DNA of 49,639 bases from Candidatus Thalassarchaeaceae archaeon (GTDB lineage: Archaea; Thermoplasmatota; Poseidoniia; MGIII; CG-Epi1): the NCBI GenBank assembly GCA_963578705.1, contig CAUZDT010000003.1, positions 1 through 49,639 on the forward strand. Reading direction: 5' to 3'. This document shows positions 1-10,674 of the stretch, in pieces. A program made the position numbers and the translations under genes. How positions within the stretch are numbered: position 1 is the first letter of the stretch; each line of letters starts with the position of its first letter. The notes beneath the pieces were generated by a model. The model saw nothing but the letters and a program-made list of their open reading frames with translations, did not search any database and had not been told where the DNA came from.

Positions 1-326
1 GCTGGCAGGTGACTATGGTTGACGGGGAACAGTTCAATGTCAGTGGCTACTACGAACTCCAGCAGGAAGCGGTCGCGGCGCAGGCACCGGTCTTCGCAGC
101 TGGCGGCGCACTGGTGGGAGCAGCCAGCTTCCCCGCGCTGGCCGCCCTTGCGGGAGTCGCGACCACCGCCCGCACACTGGCGCTGAAGCGCGAGCAGCTG
201 CTCGCGCTTCTGGCGCTGCTGGGGCTGCTGCTTGGGAGTTTGCTGGGGCTGGAACTGCTGGCGGTGATGCTGGCGGGCGTGGTGCTGGTGGCGTGGACCA
301 TCCGGCCGCTCTCCCCCGGAAATTGA
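1..326 (+). CDS. C-terminal part of a membrane protein (5' end outside window)
   Basis: Frame is open from the window edge to TGA at 324-326; ends in several Leu/Ala-rich hydrophobic segments. Confidence 0.6.
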   Translation, partial: WQVTMVDGEQFNVSGYYELQQEAVAAQAPVFAAGGALVGAASFPALAALAGVATTARTLALKREQLLALLALLGLLLGSLLGLELLAVMLAGVVLVAWTIRPLSPGN

Positions 327-376
327 GCACCGCGAGCGGCAATCCTTAAAGCGCTCCCTTCGTGGACCGCCCGCGT

Positions 377-453
377 GGGCCGGTAGATCAGTCTGGAAGA
401 TCGCCTCCTTGGCATGGAGGAGGGCGCGAGTTCAAATCTCGCTCGGTCCACCA
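377..453 (+). tRNA. tRNA-Ala(GGC)
   Basis: Cloverleaf GGGCCGG...TCGGTCC-A-CCA with G3:U70 pair; anticodon arm CCTCC-TTGGCAT-GGAGG; T loop TTCAAAT; TTAAA box upstream at ~346. Confidence 0.97.
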
Positions 454-466
454 TGCGCGGTGCAAC

Positions 467-1213
467 ATGGAATTCTCGTCATCCCAGGTTGAATCGACGT
501 TGCTGAAGGCGGGCGCGCTGCTCGCCATCATGCTCGCCACAGGCTGGATGGCGCGGCGCGGCGTGCGAGTCAACTACACGCGCAAGCTGAACCACGTCGC
601 GATATTCTTCCTGCCGGTGGCGATTGACCGGCAGCTGGACGTCGCGACCTTCGCCGACATCGAATACCTGCTCACCAGCTCCGCCATCGTGACGCTCTCG
701 CTACTGGTTTTTTGGGAGCCGATTCGCAGCCGCATCCCGCCCTACCAACTGATGTTCGAAGCGTTCGACCGGCCCGAGGACCGGCCGTTCACGCTGGTCT
801 GGATTTTCAGCCAGTTCGTCGCCGGCTTCATGGTGATGCTGCCGGCAATCTGGTATTTCGGCGAAATCGGCCTTGCGGGGCTGATTCTCATCCCGCTGCT
901 GATTAACGCCGTCGGCGACGGCCTCGCGGAGCCGATTGGCGTGCGCTGGGGCCGGCACGAATACCGCACGCGCGCGCTCGGCACCGACCGCACCTACGTC
1001 CGCACGCTCGAAGGCAGCGCGTTCATCCTCGCGACCGGGCTCGTGATTATTGCGCTGCACGCGTCGCAATTCAGCGCCCCGCAATTCGCGCTCGCGCTCG
1101 CCATCGTCCCGCTGGCGATGACGCTCGCCGAGGCGTTCTCGCCGCACACCTGGGACACCCCCTTCCTGATGGCTGCCGGGTATGGCGGGCTGCTGCTGGT
1201 GATGCAGTTCTGA
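467..1213 (+). CDS. Polyprenol (phytol/dolichol) kinase-like membrane protein, CTP-dependent family
   Basis: Motifs RKLNH, GDGLAEPIG, RTLEGS; multiple TM helices; start moved to ATG 467 because the longer ORF overlaps tRNA-Ala. Confidence 0.75.
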   Translation: MEFSSSQVESTLLKAGALLAIMLATGWMARRGVRVNYTRKLNHVAIFFLPVAIDRQLDVATFADIEYLLTSSAIVTLSLLVFWEPIRSRIPPYQLMFEAFDRPEDRPFTLVWIFSQFVAGFMVMLPAIWYFGEIGLAGLILIPLLINAVGDGLAEPIGVRWGRHEYRTRALGTDRTYVRTLEGSAFILATGLVIIALHASQFSAPQFALALAIVPLAMTLAEAFSPHTWDTPFLMAAGYGGLLLVMQF

Positions 1214-1223
1214 TGGCAAAAAA

Positions 1224-1310
1224 TGGCGCGAGGAGGGGGATTTGAACCCCCGTGGGACAAGCCCATCGGATTAGCAATCCGACGCAATGGCCAGGCTATG
1301 CGATCCTCGC
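1224..1310 (-). tRNA. tRNA-Ser(GCT)
   Basis: Reverse complement GCGAGGA...TCCTCGC-G-CCA; anticodon arm TCGGA-TTGCTAA-TCCGA; long variable arm; T loop TTCAAAT. Confidence 0.97.
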
Positions 1311-1425
1311 GCATCGTTCGCGACGCTGCGCCGGTTAAAGAGCCTGCGGCGGCGTTCCCCCCTCACTGCCCGCGCCGCTCGCCGATCACGGCGAGCGGCT
1401 AAAACCGGCCGCTGCTGCGGGGGGC

Positions 1426-1986
1426 ATGGAGCTGGGGCTGGTAACCTCCAACGCGGGCAAGGTGCGCGAGCTGGCGGCGGCGCTGGAGCCGGTGGGCCAC
1501 ACGGTCGCGCAGCGCGCGCTGGAGTATCCTGAAGTGCAGGCGCCGACGCTCGCGGCGGTGGTCGAGTTCGGGCTCGAGTGGCTGGCGCAGCGCCATTCCG
1601 GGCAGGCGTTACTCATCGACGATGCGGGGCTCTTCGTCGACGCGCTGGGCGGCTTCCCCGGCGTCTACAGCCGCTACGCGTACGACACCATCGGCCCGAC
1701 CGGCGTGCTGGCGCTGCTCGGCGACGGGGAGGCGCGCAGCGCCGAGTTCCGCTGCGTGCTGGGTCTGCTGCTGCCCGACGGCGGCCGCCGACAGTTTCGC
1801 GGCAGCTGCCGCGGCCGCATCGCGCGGGAGCCGCGCGGCGACGGGGGGTTCGGCTACGACCCGGTCTTCGTCCCCGCAGGCGACGTGCGGACTTTCGCCG
1901 AGCTGCCGCTAGCGGAGAAGAATGCGCTGAGCCACCGCGGTCGCGCGCTGGCGGCGCTGGTCGTGTTTCTGGGCGACGGCGGCTAG
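1426..1986 (+). CDS. rdgB: Non-canonical purine NTP pyrophosphatase (RdgB/HAM1)
   Basis: TSNAGK, DDAGL, GFPGVYSR, GFGYDPVF and KNALSHRGRA motifs. Confidence 0.95.
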   Translation: MELGLVTSNAGKVRELAAALEPVGHTVAQRALEYPEVQAPTLAAVVEFGLEWLAQRHSGQALLIDDAGLFVDALGGFPGVYSRYAYDTIGPTGVLALLGDGEARSAEFRCVLGLLLPDGGRRQFRGSCRGRIAREPRGDGGFGYDPVFVPAGDVRTFAELPLAEKNALSHRGRALAALVVFLGDGG

Positions 1987-2345
1987 CCGGGCCGGTAGGC
2001 GCAGCGCGTATCGCCTTCCTCGGCGACGGTGACCTCGACCAGCCCCGGCAGTTGTTCCGCGAGCCGCTCGAAGACCCAGCGCGCCAGCACTTCGGTCGTC
2101 GGGTTTTCCAGCCCCGCGACGTCGTTGAGGCAATTATGGTCAATCAGGCTGCCGACCCCCGCTTCGTAGGCGGCATCGACGTCGTAGTAGTCGGCGACCC
2201 ACTGCTGCTCGTTATCGGTGTCGCCCTCGATGGCGAGCGTGACCGTGAAGCGGTGGCCGTGCAGCCGGTGGCAGGGGTGCTCGGCGGGCAACCGCGGCAG
2301 CCGTCGCGCCGCCTCGACGGTATAGTCGCGCTCGATGCGAAACAC
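1983..2345 (-). CDS. queD: 6-carboxytetrahydropterin synthase (QueD/PTPS family)
   Basis: CxRLHGH motif, LIDHNCLND..GLENPTTE; GTG start inferred at 2345. Confidence 0.85.
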   Translation of the reverse strand: MFRIERDYTVEAARRLPRLPAEHPCHRLHGHRFTVTLAIEGDTDNEQQWVADYYDVDAAYEAGVGSLIDHNCLNDVAGLENPTTEVLARWVFERLAEQLPGLVEVTVAEEGDTRCAYRPG

Positions 2346-2416
2346 GGTCGGGCAGCCGCGCGGGGATAAGAGCGCTGGCGCCCGTGGCTGATTTATATCG
2401 GGAGGGATGCGCCACC

Positions 2417-4411
2417 GTGAAGCACGTCCTCGTCGCCGTCGCGTGGCCATACGCCAACGGGCCGTTACACTTGGGCCACATGGCAGGTTGCTACCTGCCG
2501 GCCGACATCTTCGCGCGCTACCACCGGCTGAAGGGTAACCGGGTGCTGATGGTCAGCGGCAGCGACATGCACGGCACCCCCATCATGGTCACCGCGCAGC
2601 AGGAAGGCGCCAAACCGGAGGATGTCGCGCTGCGCTATCATGAAATCAACTCGCGCTCCATCGAGCAGATGGGGATTTCGTTTGACCTGTTCACCCATAC
2701 TCACACCCCCGAACATCAGGTGGTGGTGCACGAAATCATCGGGCGGCTCGACGAGGCGGGCTTCATCGAGCCGCGCACCACCACTGCGCCGTATGACCCG
2801 AAGGCGGGGCAGTTCCTGCCCGACCGCTACGTCGAGGGCACCTGCCCCCACTGCAAGTCGACCGGCGCGCGGGGCGACCAGTGCGACGAATGCGGTAAGA
2901 CGCTCGACGCGGATGAACTCATCGACCCGCACCCGAAGCTGAACCCCGAAGTTGCCCTAGAGTTCCGCGAGACCGAGCATCTCTTCTTCCGGCTCTCGGC
3001 GTTCCGCGAGCAGCTGCTCGAGTGGCTCTCCGAGGGCAAAGACCACTGGAAGTCGAACGTGCTCAACTTCACCCGCAACTGGCTCGAGGAAGGCCTTGTG
3101 GATCGCGCCGTGACGCGCGACCTAGAGTGGGGCATCCCGGTTCCGCGCGATGGCTACGAAAGCAAACGCATCTACGTCTGGTTCGAGGCGGTGATGGGCT
3201 ACTACTCGGCGTCGCGCCACTGGGCGCAGCTGCAGGACGAACCAGAGGAGTGGCGCAAGTGGTGGGACGACCCTGAGGCGGAGCACCGCTACTTCATGGC
3301 CAAGGACAACATCCCGTTCCACACCATCATCTGGCCGGCGATGCTGCTCGGCTGCGGAATGCAATTACCGCACGACGTCCCGGCCAATGAATACCTGCTT
3401 CTGGACTCGGCGCAGTTCTCCAAGTCGCGCCGCCACGCGGTCTGGATTCCCGACTATCTCGAGCGCTACGACTCGGAGGCGCTGCGCTACTACCTGGCGG
3501 CAGTCATGCCCGAGCAGAAGGACGCCAATTTTTCCTGGGAGGATTATGTCACGCGCGTCAATACCGAACTCATTGGCAACCTGGGCAACCTGCTGCACCG
3601 CGTCGTCTCCTTCGCGCAGAAGAACTTCCCCGATGGGCTCCACACCGACGAATGCGCGCTGCCGGAGCTGCGCGATCGCGTCGCGACCGCGCACGCGAAA
3701 ATGGACGCGGCGCTCGCGGCGTGCAAGTTCAAGCGCGGGCTGGCGGCGATGCTCGAGCTGTCGCAGGCGACCAACGCAGCGCTCAACGCAGCGGCACCGT
3801 GGAAGCTGCTGAAGCAGGACCGCGCCGCGTGCGAGGAGCAACTGGTCGGCTTCCTGAACGTCTGCCGCTCGCTCTCAATCATGATGACGCCCTTCCTGCC
3901 CCGGACGGGTGAGACCGCCTGGCGCTACCTTGGCCTGCCGGGAACGCCGCAGGCCGCAGGCTGGGAGGCGGCGCTGGACGGCGAGACTGATTTTACCCTG
4001 CAGCGGCCCGAACCGCTGTTTGCAAAACTGGACCTGAATCGGGTCCTGGAGAAAGAAATGCCCCAAAACGAGCTACCAGAGCTAAAGCCAGAAATCAGCT
4101 TCGACGACTTCAAGAAGCTGGACATCCGCGTCGGCACCGTGACCGGCGTCGAGAAACACCCGGACGCCGACAAACTATGGCTGTTGGAGGTTGATTTCGG
4201 CGGACCCACACGCCGGCTGGTGACCGGCTTGCGCGGCATCTACGCGGCCGACGAGCTGCAGGGGCGGCAGATTGCGGTGCTCGTCAACCTGCAACGCGCC
4301 AAGTTCCGCGGCGTCGAGTCGGAAGGGATGCTACTCGCTGCCGAGAGCGGTAAGCTGGTGAGCCTGCTCCAGCCTGACCAGCAAGTGGAGAACGGCAGCA
4401 GAATTCACTGA
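2417..4411 (+). CDS. metG: Methionine--tRNA ligase with C-terminal tRNA-binding (Trbp111-like) domain
   Basis: PYANGPLHLGH, Zn-knuckle CPHC...CDEC, FSKS, C-terminal FKKLDIRVG...SEGMLLAA; GTG start inferred downstream of TTTATAT box. Confidence 0.97.
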   Translation: MKHVLVAVAWPYANGPLHLGHMAGCYLPADIFARYHRLKGNRVLMVSGSDMHGTPIMVTAQQEGAKPEDVALRYHEINSRSIEQMGISFDLFTHTHTPEHQVVVHEIIGRLDEAGFIEPRTTTAPYDPKAGQFLPDRYVEGTCPHCKSTGARGDQCDECGKTLDADELIDPHPKLNPEVALEFRETEHLFFRLSAFREQLLEWLSEGKDHWKSNVLNFTRNWLEEGLVDRAVTRDLEWGIPVPRDGYESKRIYVWFEAVMGYYSASRHWAQLQDEPEEWRKWWDDPEAEHRYFMAKDNIPFHTIIWPAMLLGCGMQLPHDVPANEYLLLDSAQFSKSRRHAVWIPDYLERYDSEALRYYLAAVMPEQKDANFSWEDYVTRVNTELIGNLGNLLHRVVSFAQKNFPDGLHTDECALPELRDRVATAHAKMDAALAACKFKRGLAAMLELSQATNAALNAAAPWKLLKQDRAACEEQLVGFLNVCRSLSIMMTPFLPRTGETAWRYLGLPGTPQAAGWEAALDGETDFTLQRPEPLFAKLDLNRVLEKEMPQNELPELKPEISFDDFKKLDIRVGTVTGVEKHPDADKLWLLEVDFGGPTRRLVTGLRGIYAADELQGRQIAVLVNLQRAKFRGVESEGMLLAAESGKLVSLLQPDQQVENGSRIH

Positions 4412-4498
4412 TGACAGATATTTAAAAGAAACAGTGCCGGTGAATGCATCGGGCGGCTACAGCGAAATCCCTTAAGCCGCCCCACTTCCCGGCGTGTG

Positions 4499-4574
4499 GG
4501 GCCCGTAGCCTAGCTGGAAAGGCGCCGGCCTTCTAAGCCGGAGACCCGGGGTTCGAATCCCCGCGGGCCCGCCA
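4499..4574 (+). tRNA. tRNA-Arg(TCT)
   Basis: GGGCCCG...CGGGCCC-G-CCA; anticodon arm CCGGC-CTTCTAA-GCCGG; T loop TTCGAAT. Confidence 0.97.
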
Positions 4575-4617
4575 TGCCCCGCCGCACGGCCGATGGCCGT
4601 GCGGGTGAGCCCGCCAC

Positions 4618-5556
4618 TCACTCGCCGAAGAACTCCGCGGCATCAACATTGCCGCCGGTCAGGATGACGCCGACACGCTGCGCGTCGCTCGCGAAGCCGG
4701 GCGAGAGCGTCGCCGCGAAGCCGATGGCGCCGCTCGGCTCGACCAGCAGCCTCAGTTCGTCCCGCAGCAGCCGCATCGCCCGCCGCACACCGTCGTCGTC
4801 GACGGTGATGATGGCGGCAAGGTGGTCACGCAGGATGGGCCAGGTCAGCTCGCCCAAGCTGGAGAGCAGGCCGTCGCAGATGGTGTCGGGTCCGGTTTGC
4901 GGGATGAACTTCCTGGCGGCCAGCGACCGCGCTGCGTCGTCGGCGCCAGCCGGTTCGGCGCCGTAGAGTGCGACCGCGGGCGCGGTGCCCCGCACGGCGA
5001 TGCAGGTGCCCGAGAGCAGCCCGCCGCCGCCGATCGGCGTGATGATGGCGTCGAGCTCGGCCTGCGCCAGCAGCTCCAGCGCGGCGGTCCCCTGCCCGGC
5101 AATCACGCGCGCGTCGTCGTAGGGGTGCACCAGCACTGCGCCAGTCTCGCGCTGCACTTCCGCCAGCGCGCTTTCGCGCGCCGCTAGCGTCGGCTCGCAG
5201 AGCGTGATTTGGGCGTCGTAGCTCTCGACCACGCGCAGCTTGAGCGGCATCACGTTCCGGGGCATTACGATATGCGCCGCGATGCCGCGCATCTGCGCCG
5301 CGAGCGCCAGTGCCTGCGCGTGGTTGCCGCTGCTGTGGGTGCAGACGCCGCGCGTCGCTTCGGAGTCGGAGAGCGACGCGACCGCATTCCACGCACCGCG
5401 GAACTTGAACGCCCCCACTTTCTGCAGATTTTCGCACTTGAAGACGAGCTGGCGGCCCGCCAGCTCGTCCAGCGCACCGGAAGTCCGAACCGGCGTCCGC
5501 AGCGCCACGCCATCGATTCGTGCAGCGGCAGCGTGGACGTCGGCGAGCGTGACCAT
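4618..5556 (-). CDS. PLP-dependent serine/threonine dehydratase (serine racemase-like)
   Basis: KCENLQKVGAFKFRGA (PLP Lys), SSGNHAQ, PIGGGGLLSG, TGGNVD; no ACT domain. Confidence 0.9.
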   Translation of the reverse strand: MVTLADVHAAAARIDGVALRTPVRTSGALDELAGRQLVFKCENLQKVGAFKFRGAWNAVASLSDSEATRGVCTHSSGNHAQALALAAQMRGIAAHIVMPRNVMPLKLRVVESYDAQITLCEPTLAARESALAEVQRETGAVLVHPYDDARVIAGQGTAALELLAQAELDAIITPIGGGGLLSGTCIAVRGTAPAVALYGAEPAGADDAARSLAARKFIPQTGPDTICDGLLSSLGELTWPILRDHLAAIITVDDDGVRRAMRLLRDELRLLVEPSGAIGFAATLSPGFASDAQRVGVILTGGNVDAAEFFGE

Positions 5557-5620
5557 CGTGCTCCCAGCCCGCGCAGGGATTATATCAGGCCACCCGTTTT
5601 TCCCGGTTGGAGTAGACGCC

Positions 5621-5728
5621 ATGGATTGGGAAACCGGTTCTGAAGGTCCGCTACTGGTAAGCGCCCGGGTGACCCATATCCGCGGCGCGCTGCGGGTTGA
5701 GCGCGTGCTGTCGCGCGACGCTCATTAA
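5621..5728 (+). CDS. Putative small protein, 35 aa (MDWETGSEGPLLVSARVTHIRGALRVERVLSRDAH)
   Basis: ATG preceded by GGAG and a TTATAT box at ~5580; fills the gap between the dehydratase and SDR genes. Confidence 0.35.
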   Translation: MDWETGSEGPLLVSARVTHIRGALRVERVLSRDAH

Positions 5729-5748
5729 CTCCCCCTGAATGGGCCAGC

Positions 5749-6554
5749 GTGGGCGAATCCCCTTTCCGTGACGACCTGTTCGACGGTGCGCGCGTGCTCG
5801 TGACGGGCGGCGGCACCGGGATGGGGTTGGCGTTCGCCACCGCCTTCGTGGCGCACGGCGCGCAGGTCGCCATCGCGTCGCGCAACGACGAGCATCTCGC
5901 GGCGGGCGCCACCGCCATCGCCGCAGCGACGGGCACCGAAGCGCTGACGCACGTAGTCGACGTCCGTGACGGCGAGAGCGTGGCGGCGCTCGCCGCCACG
6001 CTCGAATCAGAATGGGGTGCGCTCGATATACTGGTCAACAACGCCGCCGGAAATTTCTTCGCGCCGGTGGCCGAGATGAGCGAAAACGCCTGGCGCGCGG
6101 TCGTCGACATCGTGCTCGACGGCACCTTCCGCGTTTCGCGCGCGTGCCACCCGCTGCTCTGCAAGGGGCGCGACGCCAGCGTCGTGAACGTCGTCGCTAA
6201 CTACGCCTGGGGCGCCGCTTCCTTCGTCGCGCACTCCGGCGCCGCCAAGGCGGGGGTGCTGAACCTGTCGCGGTCGCTGGCGCTCGAGTGGGCTCCGGGC
6301 ATCCGCGTAAACGCGCTCTGCCCTGGCGTCGTGCCGACCGAAGGCGCGAAAGCCAACCTGTTCCCGGCGCCCGAAATGGAGCAGATGATTACCGATACTA
6401 TCCCGAAGGGGCGGCTCGCGACCGCCGACGAGATGGCGCTGCAGGTGCTCTGGCTCGCTGCTAGCGACTATATCACGGGCGAATGCCTCGTCGCTGACGG
6501 GGGGCAGTGGCTGGCGGGCAACCCGTTCTACACGCTCGGGAAGCAGCTCGCCGA

Positions 6555-6558
<4 letters not shown>
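5749..6558 (+). CDS. SDR oxidoreductase, 2,4-dienoyl-CoA reductase-like
   Basis: TGGGTGMG, NNAAGNF, HSGAAKAG, ITGECLVADGGQWL. Confidence 0.88.
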
Positions 6559-8357
<1,799 letters not shown>

Positions 8358-8358
8358 T

Positions 8359-10674
8359 TCAGTTCCTCAGCGGTTTCCCCGTCGTGAGCATGTGTTCAAT
8401 CCGCGCCAGTGTCGGCGGCAGGCGCACCAGCGTCATGAACGCCTCGCGCTCCAAATCAAGGATATCGGAATCGTCCAGCTCCTCGGTCGGGTCGGTATCG
8501 CCACCGCTCAGTACGATAGCCAGCTGCCCCGCGACGACCTCGTCGTGCGGCGTCGCCTTGCCCGCGCGGCGCAAATCGGCGACCGCCATCTCGAGCCCCG
8601 CGCGGCCTGACGCCCCCGGCAGGCGATGCGTCGCCATTTCCGGCGGCTCGTAGCCGTCGACCATTTCCAGACAGCGCGCCTTGGCGTCGACCAGCACGCG
8701 GTCACGGTTCATCGTGATTCCGTCGCCGTCGCGCAGGATTTGCATGTCGCGCGCCTCGAACGCGCTCGTCGCCACCTTGGCGGTGCCGACGTTCTCGAAT
8801 ATCTTCGTTACCGGCGCCATCGGTCCATGCGGCCCTGCCGCGGCCCAGCGGCGCAGCATCTCCTTGCAGCCGCCCCATGCAGGGACCAGTCCCACGCCGA
8901 CCTCGACCAGTCCCGTGTAGGTCTCGGAGTGCGCCTGGATGGCGTCGCACGCCAGCAGCACCTCGCAGCCGCCGCCGATGGCGAGCCCGCTCGGCGCGCC
9001 GACGACCGGGAAGCTGGAGTGCTTGAGTGTCATGAATGCGAGTTGCCCGCCGCTAATCATCTTGCCGATTTCGTCCCACGCGCCGACGTTGGCGACGAAG
9101 AGCGCCAGCCCGATATTGGCGCCAGCCGAGAAGTGCTCGCCGTCGTTGCCGACCACCAGACCCACGAAGTCGCCCCCCTCCACAAGCTCCACGGCCTCGG
9201 CGACCATTTCCAGCCCGAGTGGGTCAATCGCGTTCAGCTTGCTGTGGAATTCGAGCAGCGCGATTCCGTCGCCCGCGTCCCATAGCGAAGCCGACACGTT
9301 GCTCGCCAGTGGTTTGTCCGCCCGGCGCAGGTCGGCGACGCGCAGAACGCCCGCGTCGCGCGGGATCGCGATGTAGCTGCCGTCGGCCAGTAGCTGTGTC
9401 TCGCCGTCGTAGAGCGGCTTGCCGTGCGCCAGCAATGGCGGCACTGCAGAGCCATCAGCAGCCAGCCGCTCGCAGAGCCACTCCACACCGAGCTCGTCGA
9501 GCATCTCGAACGGCCCGCGCTTCCAGCCATAGCCGAGCCGCATCGCCGCATCAACGTCGGCGGGCGCGGCGGCGATTTCGGGGAGCAGCGACGCGGTGTA
9601 GGCGAGCGTCTGTGACAGCACTTTACACGCAAACTCACCGCCGCGGTCGGGATATTCCACAAGCGTGCGCAGCCCCCGCTTCGCCGCCTTGGGCGACTCC
9701 AGGGAAGGGCGGCGGTCGGCGCGCGCGTATTTGCCCGTCTTCAGGCTGCGCGCCTCTTTCACTTTCTTCCCGCCGTCGCGGTTGAGCCGGTAGAAGCCGC
9801 CCTTCCCCTTGCGGCCGGTATAGCCGGCCGTAATCATCCCGGAGATGGTGGCGGCGATGCCGTTAGCTTCGGCTTCGGCGACGACGCGCCGGTAATCGTC
9901 CTCGGCGGGCAGCGTCGCCAGCATGCTCTCGGCGATGTGCGGCACTAAATCCAGCCCCACAAGGTCGAGCAGTCCGAACACCGCGGTCTTCGGCACGCCT
10001 ATCGGGCGACCCATGACGGCGTCCGTCTCTTCGACGGTCAGCCCCATTTCAATCGCGGCGTTGATGGCGCACTGCATCCAGTAGACGCCGATGCGGTTGC
10101 CGATGAATCCCGGCGTGTCATTGCAGACGACGACGCCCTTGCCGAGCCGCCGATCGGCGAAGTCCCGAAAGGCGGCGAGCCGCTCCGGCTCCATCGTCGG
10201 TGACGGGACGATTTCGAGCAGACGCAAGTAGCGCGGCGGGTTGAAGAAATGGGTTACCAGGAAGTCGCGTTCGAAGCGCTCCCCCATCCCCGCGACGAGT
10301 TGCGCGCGTGGGATGGTTGAAGTGTTGGAGCTGATAATGCTCCCCGGCTTGCGCACTTTTTCGAGCTGGCGGAAGACATTCCGCTTTATATTCAGGTCTT
10401 CGAGAACTACCTCGACAGTCCAGTCCGCCTCGGTGACGCGGCCGAGATGGTCCTCCAGGTTGCCGGGCCGGATGCGCTCGGCAAAATCTGCATGCATCAG
10501 CGGCGCCGGCTTCGCCTTGCGCAGCCGCGCTATCGCGCCGCGCGCCAATGCGTCGCGGTCCGCGTCACCATCCGGGACGATGTCGAGCAATTCCACGCTC
10601 ACACCAGCGTTCGCCAGGTGCGCCGCGATGCCGGTGCCCATGACACCCGAGCCGATGACCGCTGCGCGCTCCAT
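8359..10674 (-). CDS. 3-hydroxyacyl-CoA dehydrogenase / enoyl-CoA hydratase bifunctional protein (FadN-like)
   Basis: GSGVMG Rossmann motif, SNTST, HFFNPPRY, crotonase motifs FSAGAN and GGGCE; ATG overlaps thiolase stop (TGATG). Confidence 0.93.
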   Translation of the reverse strand: MERAAVIGSGVMGTGIAAHLANAGVSVELLDIVPDGDADRDALARGAIARLRKAKPAPLMHADFAERIRPGNLEDHLGRVTEADWTVEVVLEDLNIKRNVFRQLEKVRKPGSIISSNTSTIPRAQLVAGMGERFERDFLVTHFFNPPRYLRLLEIVPSPTMEPERLAAFRDFADRRLGKGVVVCNDTPGFIGNRIGVYWMQCAINAAIEMGLTVEETDAVMGRPIGVPKTAVFGLLDLVGLDLVPHIAESMLATLPAEDDYRRVVAEAEANGIAATISGMITAGYTGRKGKGGFYRLNRDGGKKVKEARSLKTGKYARADRRPSLESPKAAKRGLRTLVEYPDRGGEFACKVLSQTLAYTASLLPEIAAAPADVDAAMRLGYGWKRGPFEMLDELGVEWLCERLAADGSAVPPLLAHGKPLYDGETQLLADGSYIAIPRDAGVLRVADLRRADKPLASNVSASLWDAGDGIALLEFHSKLNAIDPLGLEMVAEAVELVEGGDFVGLVVGNDGEHFSAGANIGLALFVANVGAWDEIGKMISGGQLAFMTLKHSSFPVVGAPSGLAIGGGCEVLLACDAIQAHSETYTGLVEVGVGLVPAWGGCKEMLRRWAAAGPHGPMAPVTKIFENVGTAKVATSAFEARDMQILRDGDGITMNRDRVLVDAKARCLEMVDGYEPPEMATHRLPGASGRAGLEMAVADLRRAGKATPHDEVVAGQLAIVLSGGDTDPTEELDDSDILDLEREAFMTLVRLPPTLARIEHMLTTGKPLRN

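Noticed and set aside
362-466. ORF-track 5' extension of the kinase gene, and GTGGACCG (362-369) complementary to the tRNA-Ala 3' end
   Set aside because: The extension overlaps tRNA-Ala; the 8-mer lies between the TATA box and the likely transcription start and is not repeated at the other tRNAs, so it is probably chance
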